IMG/VR virus record: IMGVR_UViG_3300020463_002440
Span: 92,384 to 156,383 of that record
Source of the DNA: a virus
DNA length: 64,000 bases
Direction: 5' to 3' (one strand)
Both the position numbers and the translations under genes were made by a program. Position 1 is the first letter of the stretch. Each line of letters starts with the position of its first letter. The notes under the pieces were generated by a model. The model had not been told where the DNA came from. It did no database searches and worked only from the letters and a program-made list of their open reading frames with translations. Shown piece by piece: positions 31,030 to 41,648 of this stretch.

Positions 31030-32910
31030 TTAGCTCTCGAGTTTTAATGCGTCGATGGTACAAGTAACTGTACTGGTAGATCCAGAATTATTTTGTATTG
31101 CTACTGGAACTTCGGTTTCACTGTCGTCTAACCATCCGAAGATGGCAGGAGTAATTTTAAACTCCTGAGTACCTGCAGTTGTTGAAATAAATTCTGCAAG
31201 AACACCTGATCCATCTGCAGGATCTGTTCCTTGAGTCCTTCCTGCATCAGCAGTTCTTGAAGATGTATCAGAATATATTCTTACCCAACATTGCTTATCA
31301 ACTGTAACTTTTTGTAACGCAAACGATTTGCCTAATGTTGCATATGCAACTGAACCTGAAGCACCATCTGCAATTGACCCAGTTGTTTCTGCTTCTTGAA
31401 CTCTTGCAGCTCCACCGCCACCTGAAGAAGGATCTGAAATTACAATATCACCAATCATATTTGAATGGGCTTGACACTTATACTTATAAGTACCGCTTAT
31501 ATTTCCTGGTACTTTCCAATATAATGTTCCTTCGTATTTAGCTTGTGCGTTTGTACCTGTTGTTTTAGTACCGTCGTTTGCATAATGAACAAGACCTGTA
31601 TTATATTGAGTTGAACCATTACCTTCTAAAATTAAGAATGGGTGTGATGATGTTGCACCGTTTAATTCAAATCCAACTGTTTGACCAGCTTGTACATATA
31701 CTGTTGGGTTATCACCAGGAAGTTGATCCATTGTATATTTTGAACTGTCAGGAGCTACAACATAATAAGTCGTTACTGCAGTTGCAGCCATGTCGTGAAT
31801 ATCAAGATCGGCTGTATCGACTTCAGTTAATGCGGCAAGAGTAGAAGAACCACCTCCACCAGTTGCATCTGCAACCCAAGCAAAATCAGAACCTGTCCAA
31901 CTTAATATCTGATCTGCACTTGCACTGCCTGTATTTAAATGAGTATCAACATCAGAGTTTGAATATTGCGTAATGTCGTTTGATAGTTGACCTGAAGAAG
32001 CAGATAATCCTGTTCCTGCGAGCATAGCAACAAAGTCTGTTACTGTTTCTTTCTTTGTATCACCTGAATCATCTGCATCAATAAATGCAATACTATCTGC
32101 AGTGACGTTGAGAATAGCCGAGTCAACACTATTTAAATTAACACTGTTTGAACCACCGCCGCCGCCTGATGCAGCGATTGTTATTGTATCACTTACAGAG
32201 TTAGCAGATAAAGTAACATTAGCACCTGCGACAAAATTTAATGTATCAGTACCTGATGCTTGAATGTTAACACCACCGACTGCGATAGTTGTAAACGAAT
32301 CTCCACCGCCTCCGCCACTTGCGGCAGCCCAAGTATAATCTGAACCATCCCATTGTAAGAATTCGTTAGTACTTGCACCTGAAACATTTAAATGAGTATC
32401 AACATCAGAGTTTGAATAAGAGCTGTTAGAACCTCCGCCTCCGCCGCCGCCAGATACTTGAACCCAGCTGTAACTTCCGTTTGCACTTGTTCCAAGAACA
32501 TAACCATCTACTTCACTATTTAATATATTGGCCGAATATACAAATGAATTAAGTGGATCTGCATAACTTGGTATTGTACCTTCTGATGTATCAGCAAGTA
32601 ATCTTCTCCAACCTGCATGTGCGTAATACAAGGACCCAGTATTGTGGGCATGTCCTATTGATCCATGATAAGTACTTGCGTCTACCGCAAAGAGATCTGT
32701 ATCTGTATCATATAAGAATGAAATCTTATTTGCTTTTGATGGGTAATCAATATTACCGTTTACGTCAAATATTCCAATTGGATTAGTTGAACTACCTAAA
32801 GCAAGGTAGAGCTCATTAAAGTTATCGTTTGATTTATCAAATGCATTACGTAACGGATCACCTGTCCCGTCATTTGCGGATGCACCTATATTAATTGTTT
32901 GCTTGGCCAT
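31030..32910 (-). CDS. gp9/gp10-like baseplate-fibre connector with Gly-rich linkers and cupredoxin-like domain
   Basis: N-terminus MAKQTINIGASANDGTGDPLRNAFDKSNDNFNELY is the gp9/gp10 N-terminal motif; HPFLI...YKCQAHSNM. Confidence 0.75.
   Translation of the reverse strand: MAKQTINIGASANDGTGDPLRNAFDKSNDNFNELYLALGSSTNPIGIFDVNGNIDYPSKANKISFLYDTDTDLFAVDASTYHGSIGHAHNTGSLYYAHAGWRRLLADTSEGTIPSYADPLNSFVYSANILNSEVDGYVLGTSANGSYSWVQVSGGGGGGGSNSSYSNSDVDTHLNVSGASTNEFLQWDGSDYTWAAASGGGGGDSFTTIAVGGVNIQASGTDTLNFVAGANVTLSANSVSDTITIAASGGGGGSNSVNLNSVDSAILNVTADSIAFIDADDSGDTKKETVTDFVAMLAGTGLSASSGQLSNDITQYSNSDVDTHLNTGSASADQILSWTGSDFAWVADATGGGGSSTLAALTEVDTADLDIHDMAATAVTTYYVVAPDSSKYTMDQLPGDNPTVYVQAGQTVGFELNGATSSHPFLILEGNGSTQYNTGLVHYANDGTKTTGTNAQAKYEGTLYWKVPGNISGTYKYKCQAHSNMIGDIVISDPSSGGGGAARVQEAETTGSIADGASGSVAYATLGKSFALQKVTVDKQCWVRIYSDTSSRTADAGRTQGTDPADGSGVLAEFISTTAGTQEFKITPAIFGWLDDSETEVPVAIQNNSGSTSTVTCTIDALKLES
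31933..32418. repeat. 33-bp exact direct repeat (31933-31965 and 32386-32418) encoding YSNSDVDTHLN
   Basis: ATTTAAATGAGTATCAACATCAGAGTTTGAATA occurs twice. Confidence 0.85.
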
Positions 32911-32948
32911 AGCGTTTTCCTAAAATATGTATTTTTTTATATTTATTA

Positions 32949-35900
32949 CTAATATGTTATACTATAATTATTTTCCAGGTATTTATTGATGAGGTTTCGA
33001 TGGTCAGCAGAAGTTGTATGTCCTACTGCATCGTTCAAAAATATAACATCTCCGTAGTCAACGAGGAACGAGCTCGTTCCATATGATGTACCGTTTGATT
33101 GGCTACCTGAAAATCCTTGTGCTTGAGCAAACGCAAATGCACTATTTGGAGCGCTCAAGTGAGTCATACCTGTAAAGTTAGCACCACCGTTATATGGAAT
33201 TACTGTATCGTTTGTTCCATTGAATTGTACTATTTTTCTTTGAGGTATTGGGTTTTTAATTGTATCATATCCATCGTTAGCATATGCATTACCTGTAAGT
33301 TCTTCATCTGCTGGATAATAGAAATAACCACCTCTGTATTGGTCGTCATTAGTTTGTGATCCTCCACATACAATAACATCAACTGCCGGGTCAGTTATTT
33401 CTACAGCAGCTCTTAGTGCAAGTGCTCCACCGTTTGAGAATCCTAAAATTCTAAACTTGGTTGTATCAACATTATTATAAAGTTTCAGTTTAGTAATTAA
33501 ATCATTTAACATTTCAATATCAGGACCGTTACTCGGCTCGTTTGAAATATTCCATGTATCATTATAACCGTCTACTGCAACTAATACGTGTCCTGGTAAT
33601 ACGGAAGTATATCCACTAATCATACCTGCACCATTACCACCTGCTCCGTGTAATAGAATAGCAACTGGATAAGGAGCTGATCCTGATGAAGGCATTTGTA
33701 CTGTTACTTCATAATCAAAGAAGCCTTGGCTCCAATTTTTTGTTATGTTTAAATTTGAATTTGCACTTAAGGTCAGACCGCCCGTTCCACCAGGTTCGTG
33801 GTCAGCCGAAACAAATGTACTATCTGAAGTAAAGTTTGTAACTGATGCTCGTAATGTTGCTATATCAGCAAGGTCTAATGGCGAACCAACACCCTGATCA
33901 TTAAACATTCTTAAGAATCTTGGTTTAATTGTTGGACTTACTTCAGCTTTAAATATAAAGTCACCAAACAGTTTTGAACCTGCCATGTGAACATTTTCTT
34001 TTAATAAATCTTCGTATTCTTGTAATGGTAAAGTTGATTTAATTTGATATGAATACTCTTGGAAGAAGTTACTATCTTGAATTCTTACTCCAGAATCATA
34101 ATAATCTAATGTATTGTTTGCGCTGTCAATTGGTTTATAACCACTTAAATGCGAATTTTCACCAGCCCAGTAACCTGCTGTTATACCTTGAGTACTTGCT
34201 TGAATTACTCCTTGTACTATAATTTCGTTATTTGCTCCTCTTAACTCGCCTATACCAGTTTCAAATGTTCCTTCGCCTGGTTCTACTTCAATTCCAGATT
34301 TTGTATAATCAACATATCCGAATCCTGACTGTAATATAGCAACTTCTTCAACAACACCTGTGGCAAAGGAAGTATCAGTAGAAATAATAGCGTTCTCTCC
34401 AAATGCATCTGATTCACTATAATCTCTTTCAACTGCTGAAACATTAAACACTTCAGTTGCTGTACCTTCAATAAAAATATTCTGTCCACTAAATCCGTAA
34501 TAATCAAATGGAGTGATTATAATATTTCCTGCGTCTGTATTTACATTTTTAACAAGACCTTTAATGCCTGAAGATTGTTCTTGTACTCGGTCTCCTATTG
34601 AAAAACTACCTGCATCACCTGAATCTGTAAACACTATAACTTGATTCTTACGATCATATATTGTAAATGAATTATCTTCAGCAATTGCATATACATCATT
34701 TATATATTGACTTCCTGGATTAATATTATCAAATCCATCAATAGAACCAATAGTTAAACTTTGAATATCAAAAGCTTGATTGAGAGGAGTGTTAATATTA
34801 ACAGGACTTGCTGTTCCTGACATTGGAGTACCTGCTCCGTAATCAGCCGCATTAAGGAAGACTCCTGTATATGGAGTTATGACATCGGCAATAACTAAAG
34901 CAGTAGATGTATCTGAAAGTGAAGATACTTTAACATCATCGACATCAGCCGTGTCTGGAAAAAGTTCTCCTGGTGAGGTATCGTTTCTTGCCGTTACTTG
35001 ATTACCTCCAGTATTAACTACAACTGAAAATTCGTTTCCACCTCTTTGTGTTGTTATAACACTTGAGACTGTAAATGCGTCTGCGTCTGAAGTTGCGTCT
35101 GACCCATCCATCTTGAAACCAACGGAACTAAAGTTTTGTCCCATGACACGTCCTGAGTTACCTAATTGGTCTGCAACTGTTTCTCCTGGAACAAAACTTA
35201 AAAGCGCATTATCAAAAATAAGAGATTGATTTGAAACTAATAGTCGAGTATTTTCTAGAGTATATCCATATCCTCCATCAGCTACTTTATATCTTATTCT
35301 TCCTGTTAAATCATTTGTTACTTTTGTTACAATTGCTTTACCGGCATAACCGTCTTTTTGTGCAATATCATACACATCTCCAATCTTTGCTCCTGTCGCA
35401 TATTCAACTGGATAACTTGAACCACCTGCTTGTGTTAACTCTCCTGTTGTGTCGACAACAAATCCTGATAGTGATCCATTTACTGTACCAAATCCAATTG
35501 AGTCTCCGCTTATCTTTGTTATAACGCTTTCGTATTTTTCAAAGTTGCCTTTAATATTATCAAGATAAATGACTGGAGTTTTAATACCATTTAAGATAAA
35601 GAAGTTAACTGAACGAACCGCTGCGATTGCACCTGACTTACTACCTTTTACATTACGAGACAATAAATCGTAATAAGTATATTCAGTTCCATCGTCTGCT
35701 TGAAACCTTCCGTTATTTGAAAACATCTGTAGGTATACACCTTGTTTCCATTCTGAATCAGAAATCTTTGCCATCTTTGTAGATGGATAAACTATTTCAA
35801 TATCGAACTCTTGATAAAATATAGCAAAAAATAATTCTATACCACGTGCAGTACCTTTTGAACGATATAGGTCAAGAATATTTTTAATAATAAACTTAAT

Positions 35901-36155
35901 AATATCGGATTTAAGTGGAAGATCAGCAAGAAACTTTTTCTTGAAGAATATTATCATACTCTCTAATGTAGTATCAATATCCTTATTCTCAAAGTATCTT
36001 CTTTGTTGATAGATATGCTGATCTGATTGAGTTTCAGAAAATTTGTAATACTCTTCGACTAATTTAACAAGCTCAGGACCGTCCTCACGATATATCGCAG
36101 GAAATTGTTGCCTTATAAAAAGCGAGATGTTTTTTTCAATTTCACCCTGAGGCAT
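32949..36155 (-). CDS. gp7: Baseplate wedge initiator gp7-like protein fused to C-terminal alpha/beta-hydrolase (esterase)
   Basis: QQFPAIYRED...YYKF...DLYRSKGT N-terminus and IQDSNFFQEYSYQIKS...HMAG motifs; C-terminal LLHGAGG, GFSNGG, GTNDTVIPYNGG, GHT. Confidence 0.8.
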   Translation of the reverse strand: MPQGEIEKNISLFIRQQFPAIYREDGPELVKLVEEYYKFSETQSDQHIYQQRRYFENKDIDTTLESMIIFFKKKFLADLPLKSDIIKFIIKNILDLYRSKGTARGIELFFAIFYQEFDIEIVYPSTKMAKISDSEWKQGVYLQMFSNNGRFQADDGTEYTYYDLLSRNVKGSKSGAIAAVRSVNFFILNGIKTPVIYLDNIKGNFEKYESVITKISGDSIGFGTVNGSLSGFVVDTTGELTQAGGSSYPVEYATGAKIGDVYDIAQKDGYAGKAIVTKVTNDLTGRIRYKVADGGYGYTLENTRLLVSNQSLIFDNALLSFVPGETVADQLGNSGRVMGQNFSSVGFKMDGSDATSDADAFTVSSVITTQRGGNEFSVVVNTGGNQVTARNDTSPGELFPDTADVDDVKVSSLSDTSTALVIADVITPYTGVFLNAADYGAGTPMSGTASPVNINTPLNQAFDIQSLTIGSIDGFDNINPGSQYINDVYAIAEDNSFTIYDRKNQVIVFTDSGDAGSFSIGDRVQEQSSGIKGLVKNVNTDAGNIIITPFDYYGFSGQNIFIEGTATEVFNVSAVERDYSESDAFGENAIISTDTSFATGVVEEVAILQSGFGYVDYTKSGIEVEPGEGTFETGIGELRGANNEIIVQGVIQASTQGITAGYWAGENSHLSGYKPIDSANNTLDYYDSGVRIQDSNFFQEYSYQIKSTLPLQEYEDLLKENVHMAGSKLFGDFIFKAEVSPTIKPRFLRMFNDQGVGSPLDLADIATLRASVTNFTSDSTFVSADHEPGGTGGLTLSANSNLNITKNWSQGFFDYEVTVQMPSSGSAPYPVAILLHGAGGNGAGMISGYTSVLPGHVLVAVDGYNDTWNISNEPSNGPDIEMLNDLITKLKLYNNVDTTKFRILGFSNGGALALRAAVEITDPAVDVIVCGGSQTNDDQYRGGYFYYPADEELTGNAYANDGYDTIKNPIPQRKIVQFNGTNDTVIPYNGGANFTGMTHLSAPNSAFAFAQAQGFSGSQSNGTSYGTSSFLVDYGDVIFLNDAVGHTTSADHRNLINKYLENNYSITY

Positions 36156-36170
36156 TATTCTTCTCTCTTA

Positions 36171-38081
36171 TTAATATGATGACGATGAACCAGATGAAGC
36201 AGTCGATGTTGTGTTAGGCGGATTCGTCGCTGATTGCGTTGCTATTGGCCTTGTGAATTCCTGGAGATCCATAACAGTTTTAACATCGGTATCTCTTAAT
36301 ATAAACACACGTCCTTTTGGAGCCTTAACATCATTTTCTTTTGTCTTTGCTGTAAACTTAATTGCTGAACCAGTATAACTTTCTACTTTAAATTTAATAA
36401 GCTTAACTTCCCCAGTTATATAATTTACTGTACCTGCTGTAGGGTTAATGATTTGTGGATTTGTTATTTCATCTGTGATTAACATTATATTACCTTGTCC
36501 ATCGTCTTGTAAAAATACACAAGTACCATCAACATCAAATGGTGTTGACTTAATCGCAGGTTTATAATCTACAAATCCATTTGCTGCCTTGTAAGGATAA
36601 GGTTTAGTAAGTTCAGATTCAAATTTAAATGAAGGATTTGTAACAAAGTTAACAACTGGAGAATATTCAATAATAGGTAGAATAGAAATTTCATTACTTT
36701 CAATACCTGCATCTAGGTTATCAATAATACCTGAAAGTTTTGATACTCTTAATGTCTTATTAAAATCTTCAAGGTTATCATCAGAATATTTAGCAATTGC
36801 ATTTCTTACTAATAGTTCAAGTTCAGCTGCAGTCTTTTCTGTATTCTTTTTACTATACTTAACATTTACATTCATATCTCCGTAAACAAACTCAGTCTGA
36901 ACAAAGATAGGTTCAATACCTAAAGGTGATCTTTCATTTAAATATGATACATACGAATTAGATAACGTTGATGAAACAATTTCAGTATCATCATTTAAGA
37001 AAACTGATATAGCAACTCTTCCATATTGAGGTGGATCTAACTGTTCACCGCCGTATGCTGATACTGCTTTAATTTCTGGAAATGCTTGTTGTAATAAAAC
37101 TTCGTAGTCAGATGTTGTGACCGCACGTTCTTGAATTTGTAATGACTTAGGAGCAAAGTATCGAATAGACTCCATTGATTCACGTTCGGCTCCACCTGAA
37201 GCTGATGTTGTTGTATCACAATCAATTGTTGCGCCTTCAATAAATGTTGCAGAGAATTTTGCATTTGCTCCTGCACCGTTTGGTTCTATACCTGAACAGA
37301 TTCTATATCTTACTCTTACATCTTCAAATTCTTCGGGTTGTAAACCAAACTGATTCTTACCAAAATAAATTGCATACTTATCATCAAGATATGGTTCTAA
37401 ATAAAATACTTTATCTGTAGGCCTTACACCAAAAATAGTATTGGCTCTTGTAAATACATTTTGGTCATCAGTTTGTTCAGCATCAACAAACACAACAATA
37501 GAATCAGTATCTACTTCGTTGTTTGTTAAATTAACTCTTAATACTCCATCAGCATCTACAATAAATCCTTCTCTTTGGAAACTTTGTAGTATTTCTCCTT
37601 CAAATATTTCAACGCCTTCGGCAACATAATCATTACTTGGGTTACCACTTACATTGGAAACACGTCTTGCTACATACGCTTGATCTGTAATAAAGTTATA
37701 ACTTTCTCCTTCATGAGAAACAGCAAAAGGTGCATATTTTGGAATAGTAATTGTTGATGATGTTTCTGTTGTACTTGTAATTGTAACTTTAACAACAGCC
37801 TTTGCTGATTTACGTGAACGAGGAATATAGTTTAATTCTTTTGCATGTGAAACGATTGAGTTCTTGAGGACGGCAGAGTCAAGAAACATTTCGTTAAGTG
37901 CCATGTTAGTGTAGAAATTATTTTGATAACTATTAAACGCAAGAACATCCAACAGGACATTCATATTTGAGCCTTCAAAGTTATAGTCTTTAAATTGTGT
38001 TTGTGTTTGTAAAAATGTTTTGAGTTGACTCTTTGTTGAGTCAAAGTCAAGATTTGTAATTGGTGTTTTTGGATTTGCCAT
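36171..38081 (-). CDS. gp6: Baseplate wedge subunit gp6
   Basis: LDFD...FKDYNFEGSNMNVLLDVLAFN...NEMFLDSA; QERAVTTSDY; AYGGE. Confidence 0.92.
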   Translation of the reverse strand: MANPKTPITNLDFDSTKSQLKTFLQTQTQFKDYNFEGSNMNVLLDVLAFNSYQNNFYTNMALNEMFLDSAVLKNSIVSHAKELNYIPRSRKSAKAVVKVTITSTTETSSTITIPKYAPFAVSHEGESYNFITDQAYVARRVSNVSGNPSNDYVAEGVEIFEGEILQSFQREGFIVDADGVLRVNLTNNEVDTDSIVVFVDAEQTDDQNVFTRANTIFGVRPTDKVFYLEPYLDDKYAIYFGKNQFGLQPEEFEDVRVRYRICSGIEPNGAGANAKFSATFIEGATIDCDTTTSASGGAERESMESIRYFAPKSLQIQERAVTTSDYEVLLQQAFPEIKAVSAYGGEQLDPPQYGRVAISVFLNDDTEIVSSTLSNSYVSYLNERSPLGIEPIFVQTEFVYGDMNVNVKYSKKNTEKTAAELELLVRNAIAKYSDDNLEDFNKTLRVSKLSGIIDNLDAGIESNEISILPIIEYSPVVNFVTNPSFKFESELTKPYPYKAANGFVDYKPAIKSTPFDVDGTCVFLQDDGQGNIMLITDEITNPQIINPTAGTVNYITGEVKLIKFKVESYTGSAIKFTAKTKENDVKAPKGRVFILRDTDVKTVMDLQEFTRPIATQSATNPPNTTSTASSGSSSSY

Positions 38082-38083
38082 CT

Positions 38084-38503
38084 CTATCTATTCCTTTGTA
38101 ATATAATGTCTAACTGTATTGGTTGCTCAGCATTACGAACGTAAAAAAGAATTTTTACTGCAACATTGTCACTATCTAAATTACCTGCCACTTCAACATC
38201 TAATAATTCAGCTCTTGGCTCAAACGTTTCGACTGTACTTACAATTCTTTCTTTTATTAGTTTCAGAGTACCTGGTGTCATATTTTCAAAAAGCATTGCT
38301 CTTATATTGCCACCAATATCTGGTTGCATTAATCTTTCACCACGATCTGTTAATATTAAATTTTTAATTGAATCTTTAACTGCTGCTTCATCTTTAAGCA
38401 ATGCAATATCTTTTGACACTGGGCTTGTTCTAAGATCCTTATGAAAATCAGAATTTAAACTGATCTTCTTTTTTGTCGGTGATACATATTCTGCAATTGC
38501 CAT
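38084..38503 (-). CDS. gp25: Baseplate wedge subunit gp25
   Basis: AVKDSIKNLILTDRGERLMQPDIG...FEPRAEL. Confidence 0.92.
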   Translation of the reverse strand: MAIAEYVSPTKKKISLNSDFHKDLRTSPVSKDIALLKDEAAVKDSIKNLILTDRGERLMQPDIGGNIRAMLFENMTPGTLKLIKERIVSTVETFEPRAELLDVEVAGNLDSDNVAVKILFYVRNAEQPIQLDIILQRNR

Positions 38504-40050
38504 TAAACTATTTCTCTTATATCTAAATGAATGAATTTATCATATTCTTTAATAAACTTAAACCCAGCTTTTCGAGCCTCTTCAGTAAACTTTTCAATAT
38601 CAGATATACCATCTTTTGATATATCAACAACAAGGCCGCTTAAATGACTATTTTGTTCATCGAACTTCATTTTGCTGTTATAGGCCTTACTTACCCAGCC
38701 GTTGGTAATTATCAGCTTAGTACCTATAGCAGCCTGTAACCGCATTAAATAAACCTTAACGTCAAGGTCTACTCTTGTATAACCATATATTCCAACACCT
38801 TCTTTTTCATCAAAGGATTCACCTTCGACTCCGAAGATATTTGAACTGCCACTAAATACATGTCCACATCTTGGTAAATTCTTATATTCTTCTGCGGTTG
38901 GTTGTTTTACATTTACAGGTTGCTTCCCTGTATTTGTTATAACATTGCCATCAGGCTCAGTCCATCTACCTTGTAATCTATTTATCACTGATTGCCTGGT
39001 TGATGGAGAATACCTTATAGCTCCAGCTCTTACAGCTGTAGACTTATTAATGTTAGAAATTGTTTGTAGTCGATTTACAATCTTTGAGTACCTATTTGAA
39101 TAATCATCAAGTGGTTTATTAATATCATTCATTAGTGCTTCGATGTTAGCAGCAAACGAACAAATTCTTGCGATTAAAAATTGAATCTCTTCTAAACCTG
39201 GACTTTCAAACAGACTTACAGCATACTTAATTAAATTTGTTACTTTATCTTTTAAACTCTTTTTATTTGCATCAGTAAAGAACGCACACATTTGTTCTCT
39301 TGTTGTCATAATACCTTTTGTTACTGACTTATCTAAAAATGTTTCAAATCCACTTGTAATTTGAGACGGATCAAAATTGTCTATCTTATCCTGTACTTCT
39401 TTAAAGATTTTATCTATTACATCAGTAATCTTTTCTATAACTTCATCAATTAACTTTTTAATTAATCCTTGTGCTGTTAAATCCTGTATGCCTTGATATG
39501 TTCTTATTTTATTTACAAGACTTGTTATATCGGCAATTAGATTTTCTACAGAATCAACCAAATCAAAAAATGCATCAATAGAGGCAAACACAGATTGGAA
39601 TCCATTACAAAATCCTCCAAGTATACTTGTACTAAAATCATTTTTATAATAGGAATCTAAATTACGAGCAAGTCTTTGATAATCATTGGCTCCAAGAAAT
39701 CCTGCCGGAGTATAATTGTATGCTTTAAGAAAGTCTGCCATTTCAAGATTTGAAATATTTCCTTTCTCCCATCTCGACTGTAAGTCTGGATAATTTTCTG
39801 TAGATCCAATTAATTGTCTTAATAGACCATTTAAATAATCGGTTGCTTTATATACATCATCACCGTATTTGTTTACGGCAACCATAAGAGGATTTGTTTC
39901 TGCGTCTTTTAAAATATTATTTGTAAGTTCTTGAGCCGCTGAATCAATTTGTGCAAGAGTAAATCTACCTGCACCGTCAGTTAAGGCGGCAGAAGATAAC
40001 GCTAATTGATTTTGCGTTAATTGATCGTTTGTGTCAATACAATCAGTCAT
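38503..40050 (-). CDS. Helical baseplate-associated protein with C-terminal peptidase M15-like (D-Ala-D-Ala carboxypeptidase fold) domain
   Basis: C-terminal IITNGWVS...NSHLSGLVVDI...FIHLDIR keeps the H-x6-D and distal HxD zinc ligands. Confidence 0.7.
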   Translation of the reverse strand: MTDCIDTNDQLTQNQLALSSAALTDGAGRFTLAQIDSAAQELTNNILKDAETNPLMVAVNKYGDDVYKATDYLNGLLRQLIGSTENYPDLQSRWEKGNISNLEMADFLKAYNYTPAGFLGANDYQRLARNLDSYYKNDFSTSILGGFCNGFQSVFASIDAFFDLVDSVENLIADITSLVNKIRTYQGIQDLTAQGLIKKLIDEVIEKITDVIDKIFKEVQDKIDNFDPSQITSGFETFLDKSVTKGIMTTREQMCAFFTDANKKSLKDKVTNLIKYAVSLFESPGLEEIQFLIARICSFAANIEALMNDINKPLDDYSNRYSKIVNRLQTISNINKSTAVRAGAIRYSPSTRQSVINRLQGRWTEPDGNVITNTGKQPVNVKQPTAEEYKNLPRCGHVFSGSSNIFGVEGESFDEKEGVGIYGYTRVDLDVKVYLMRLQAAIGTKLIITNGWVSKAYNSKMKFDEQNSHLSGLVVDISKDGISDIEKFTEEARKAGFKFIKEYDKFIHLDIREIV

Positions 40051-41648
40051 TAATTTCCGTCCTTGGCTGTGTCATCTGTTGGTGCAAGATATCCTAATGC
40101 ATATCCTAATGAAAAGTAACCTCTTTCCATAATCGATGTATTCTTTGATGGTGGCTCTGGCATTTTTGCTCTACCTGAACCATCGTTAGGTAATGCAAAT
40201 CCTAATATAGGAACACTCGTCGCAGGAGCAGTAATCAAAGGCAATGTTGGTATGGAAATTGTAGGAGGTGGAACAACAGCAGCTGTACTTCCAATAGGTC
40301 CTGTATATGCAGCGGCAAGTAAGACTGCAGCTGATGCAGTTCCAAACACTCCTGTTGTTGCACTCATACCTGTTGCGTTTAATGTTGTAAAGTTTCCAGT
40401 TGTTCCAGTTACAATTGCACCATTTAATGTACCTGCGTTCCAAATACCACTAAAGCTACCTGTTGCTGATAATATATGCATAGCAGGTGCTGTAATACTA
40501 AATCCTACTCCTGCTGGGTTTGCCGCACCATTAAGTGGATTAGGTGGTACTAATCCAGTTGATGTAAATATATGATTACTTGCTTGACAATGGAAATCCA
40601 ATAAAGTAGTAATCTTCATACTCTTTGTTGCATATAATTGAAAATCTAATAAAGAAGTAATATTTACATTTTGAGCTTTTGCTTGTATTTGAGCTCCACC
40701 TTCGATTCTTACTTCCTTCTCTGCGTGTAAAGAAGCAGTACCAACATTTGCATCAACAACTACATCAGCTCCACGGATTTGTACTTGATCTCCACCATTT
40801 ATATTAAATTGACCACCTACACCGTATTCGGCATTACCGTGAACTATTTGTTTATAGTCTCCTTCAATTTCTTCTGTCTTATTACCTTTAACATAAACAT
40901 GAGCGTTTCCGTTAATCGTAACAACAGAGTGACCTGATGATTCGTGTTTTGTTCCAATGTTGACTTCATAGCGGTCTCCTTGTGCTCTTTCAGCGACTGT
41001 GCCTTTACTATCAATTTCAATATAGGAACCTGCTCTATGGTGAATCGTAATTCTTTCTGCACCTGGAGAATCGTCCAACTCAATACTATGATTGGCAGTT
41101 TTAATAACTCTATTATATGGATATTTGGCTGCATAAGATGGTCCTGGCTCTGACCAAGTATCTTCTTCACCACCAATCTTTTGATCGTGAACTTTATTTG
41201 CTGCCATTGAAAGCAAGTATGTTTCTAATAAATCTTCAGCTCTTGATAATCTATCAGGACCACCACTTGCATTAAAATCTCTGGGAGAATAACCTTGTGC
41301 TAACAAATCTCCATTCTCTTCAGCAATAACTCCGTATCCATCAACGATAGGATTTAATTCTTTATTATACATTCCTGGTATTAAACCAAGTATTAATGGA
41401 TGCTGTGCCATTCTTCCATCTAAGAACATTCCATAAACAAAAGAATTAAGAGGAGGTGGTGGATTGTTTGGATCATAACTACCTGACGCACAAATAGCCC
41501 AAGGCAAATCTTGTGTTGCGATATCGGAATGTGTTCCGTGTACGCCAAACGCTCTTACTTGTATTTTTCCTTCGTGTGTTTTATCTACATTGTTTTCAAC
41601 AACACCAATAAAAAATTGAGGAGATGAAATTCCACTATCGCCTATCAT
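40050..41648 (-). CDS. gp5: Baseplate hub/central spike gp5 (OB-fold plus beta-helix, no lysozyme domain)
   Basis: FFIGVVEN...GKIQVRAFGVH...LPWA; YPYNRV...HSIELDDSPGAERI..HHRAGSYIEI. Confidence 0.88.
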   Translation of the reverse strand: MIGDSGISSPQFFIGVVENNVDKTHEGKIQVRAFGVHGTHSDIATQDLPWAICASGSYDPNNPPPPLNSFVYGMFLDGRMAQHPLILGLIPGMYNKELNPIVDGYGVIAEENGDLLAQGYSPRDFNASGGPDRLSRAEDLLETYLLSMAANKVHDQKIGGEEDTWSEPGPSYAAKYPYNRVIKTANHSIELDDSPGAERITIHHRAGSYIEIDSKGTVAERAQGDRYEVNIGTKHESSGHSVVTINGNAHVYVKGNKTEEIEGDYKQIVHGNAEYGVGGQFNINGGDQVQIRGADVVVDANVGTASLHAEKEVRIEGGAQIQAKAQNVNITSLLDFQLYATKSMKITTLLDFHCQASNHIFTSTGLVPPNPLNGAANPAGVGFSITAPAMHILSATGSFSGIWNAGTLNGAIVTGTTGNFTTLNATGMSATTGVFGTASAAVLLAAAYTGPIGSTAAVVPPPTISIPTLPLITAPATSVPILGFALPNDGSGRAKMPEPPSKNTSIMERGYFSLGYALGYLAPTDDTAKDGN

